A DNA stretch of 64,000 nt, from IMG/VR virus record IMGVR_UViG_3300046779_002131, positions 1 to 64,000 of that record. One strand, 5' to 3'. The first letter of the stretch is position 1. Every line of letters begins with the position of its first letter. Below the pieces are notes generated by a model, which had not been told where the DNA came from, did not search any database, and saw only the letters and a list, made by a program, of their open reading frames with translations. The translations under genes were made by a program, and so were the position numbers. Below, piece after piece: positions 62,740 through 64,000 of the stretch. Source of the stretch: a virus.

Positions 62740-63516
62740 TTATCGTGGTTCCCGAGCTATCATTTCCAGCAGTTCTGGGGATATGTCCCGGGGAATTCTA
62801 GCCTGTACACGCACAATCATATCACCCACTGGACCGGTACGTGCTGGTAACCCTTTGCCGCGAACTCTCAGCATGGCGTTGGGCTGGGTATTGGCGGGAA
62901 TGGTCACTTGCAGACGTTCTCCGGTTATGGCTGTGACTTCAATACTGCCGCCCTGTATCAAGGTCCAAATTGATATCAATTCATCGCGCAACAGTGTGGT
63001 GCCTTGACGCTGCCAATTGTCATCGGGCTGTATTCTAAATGTTATCACAAGATCTCCGCCGCCGGGCGCAAGATTTGGATACTGTACTGAATCACCATCT
63101 TCAATGCCCGGAGGAATCTGGATTTCTATTGTGCTGGCAGCTGATCCAGTGTTCACTGCTACCTGACGTCGACCGCCTGTGGCCACATCATGCAGAGTAA
63201 TCCAGAGATTCATACGCACCTGGCTACGTCTAGCACCTTGATTGAACCTAGCGCCAAACATTGTGAAGATTTCATCAAAATTAAAATGTCCACCAGGCCC
63301 AAAGTTAAATTCATGAACCTGTGGTTGCGGTTGATCGTATTGACGGCGCCGAGCAGCATCACCCAAGGTATCATATGCCTCTTGTATGGTTTGAAATGCA
63401 GCAGTATTGCCGCCTCGATCAGGGTGATGCTGAGCAGCTAGCTTGCGATAGGCCTGTTTGATTTCGTCAGCCGAAGCAGTGCGCTCTACGCCCAATGTTT
63501 TATAGTAATCTTTCAT
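62740..63516 (-). CDS. DnaJ/CbpA-type co-chaperone (class B J-protein)
   Basis: MKDYY..LGV, HHPD, G/F region and DnaJ C-terminal domain; no zinc finger. Confidence 0.9.
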   Translation of the reverse strand: MKDYYKTLGVERTASADEIKQAYRKLAAQHHPDRGGNTAAFQTIQEAYDTLGDAARRRQYDQPQPQVHEFNFGPGGHFNFDEIFTMFGARFNQGARRSQVRMNLWITLHDVATGGRRQVAVNTGSAASTIEIQIPPGIEDGDSVQYPNLAPGGGDLVITFRIQPDDNWQRQGTTLLRDELISIWTLIQGGSIEVTAITGERLQVTIPANTQPNAMLRVRGKGLPARTGPVGDMIVRVQARIPRDISPELLEMIAREPR

Positions 63517-63518
63517 TG

Positions 63519-63552
63519 AAAAGCCCAGTAATAACATTAATTATACTGGGCT
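63519..63552 (-). terminator. intrinsic terminator-like hairpin overlapping the dnaJ promoter
   Basis: AGCCCAGTA/TACTGGGCT followed by a short U run. Confidence 0.5.
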
Positions 63553-63568
63553 CTGGGCAGGGTGTCAA
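63540..63568 (-). promoter_or_regulatory. consensus sigma70 promoter for dnaJ-clpA
   Basis: TTGACA-N17-TATAAT. Confidence 0.8.
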
Positions 63569-63745
63569 TTACTTTTTATCGGGTATTTGAGTACCTTCGA
63601 GTTTTTTGTGAACTTTGACCTTTTTACAAACTTCTTTTTCTTTTTTGGTCTTTGCGTCCATTTGCTTTACACAGACTTTTTTTTCTTCCGCTGCCCATGC
63701 AGGCAGAGTTGCAAATGCAATTAATGCTGCTAATAGATATTTCAT
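63569..63745 (-). CDS. small secreted basic protein, 58 aa
   Basis: SD AAGGAG; signal peptide MKYLLAALIAFATLPAWA; two Cys. Confidence 0.7.
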   Translation of the reverse strand: MKYLLAALIAFATLPAWAAEEKKVCVKQMDAKTKKEKEVCKKVKVHKKLEGTQIPDKK

Positions 63746-63755
63746 TGTTGTCTCC

Positions 63756-63974
63756 TTATTGAAATTGATGCCAATACCATGTCCAGGTAATCATAAACAC
63801 AGCAAATCCACAGAGTTTGGCAATGCCCACTGGATCTTTGCGCCAATCAAACGGTTCGCGATGAATTGGTGTGGAATGTAGTTGATCAGGAAAGTGTAGA
63901 GCATACCATTCGTCAGCAGATATCTGCACCGGTTTATTTTCAGTCACTGGGACAGGCTGCACCTTGTCCATCAT
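63756..63974 (-). CDS. small membrane protein
   Basis: C-terminal hydrophobic helix. Confidence 0.5.
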   Translation of the reverse strand: MMDKVQPVPVTENKPVQISADEWYALHFPDQLHSTPIHREPFDWRKDPVGIAKLCGFAVFMITWTWYWHQFQ

Positions 63975-64000
63975 AGAGCGGGACTCATGATAAATTTGAT

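Noticed and set aside
63522-63552. CIRCE heat-shock operator upstream of dnaJ
   Set aside because: The inverted repeat does not match TTAGCACTC-N9-GAGTGCTAA.
651-63881. All plus-strand ORFs and nested alternative-frame minus-strand ORFs in the track
   Set aside because: They lie within or opposite well-supported minus-strand genes or structured elements and lack motifs and SD sites, so they are treated as shadow ORFs.
1-64000. Stop-codon reassignment as seen in some large phages
   Set aside because: Long genes are intact in the standard code, and TAA, TAG and TGA all end genes at tight junctions.

Overview
This 64 kb window is a segment of a large T4-like (jumbo-type) bacteriophage genome. 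Essentially all real genes lie on the minus strand, densely packed and in the standard genetic code. Left end: part of a tRNA cluster (tRNA-Ala UGC, tRNA-Leu UAG) with an inserted HNH endonuclease, preceded by a candidate leader-peptide transcription attenuator and structured RNAs. 3.8-34 kb: replication genes (RNase H/5'-3' exonuclease, sliding clamp, family B DNA polymerase) interleaved with a 7-deazaguanine pathway (FolE, QueD, QueE, a DpdL-like T-fold protein, a TGT/DpdA-like transglycosylase; no QueC seen). The same stretch holds many tailoring enzymes (glycosyltransferases, epimerase, methyltransferases, radical SAM enzymes, 2OG-Fe oxygenases, APS kinase). 35.7-58.7 kb: a cluster of proteins whose N-termini resemble the T4 capsid-targeting sequence and which look like protease-processed polyproteins. 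It includes three large COOH-NH2 ligase (amidoligase) proteins surrounding a gamma-glutamylcyclotransferase, a nucleotidyltransferase/metallopeptidase/amidoligase fusion, and a GH19 hydrolase with a masked twin-arginine signal. Right end: ClpA-like ATPase and DnaJ. All family assignments come from motif recognition by eye; no searches were run.
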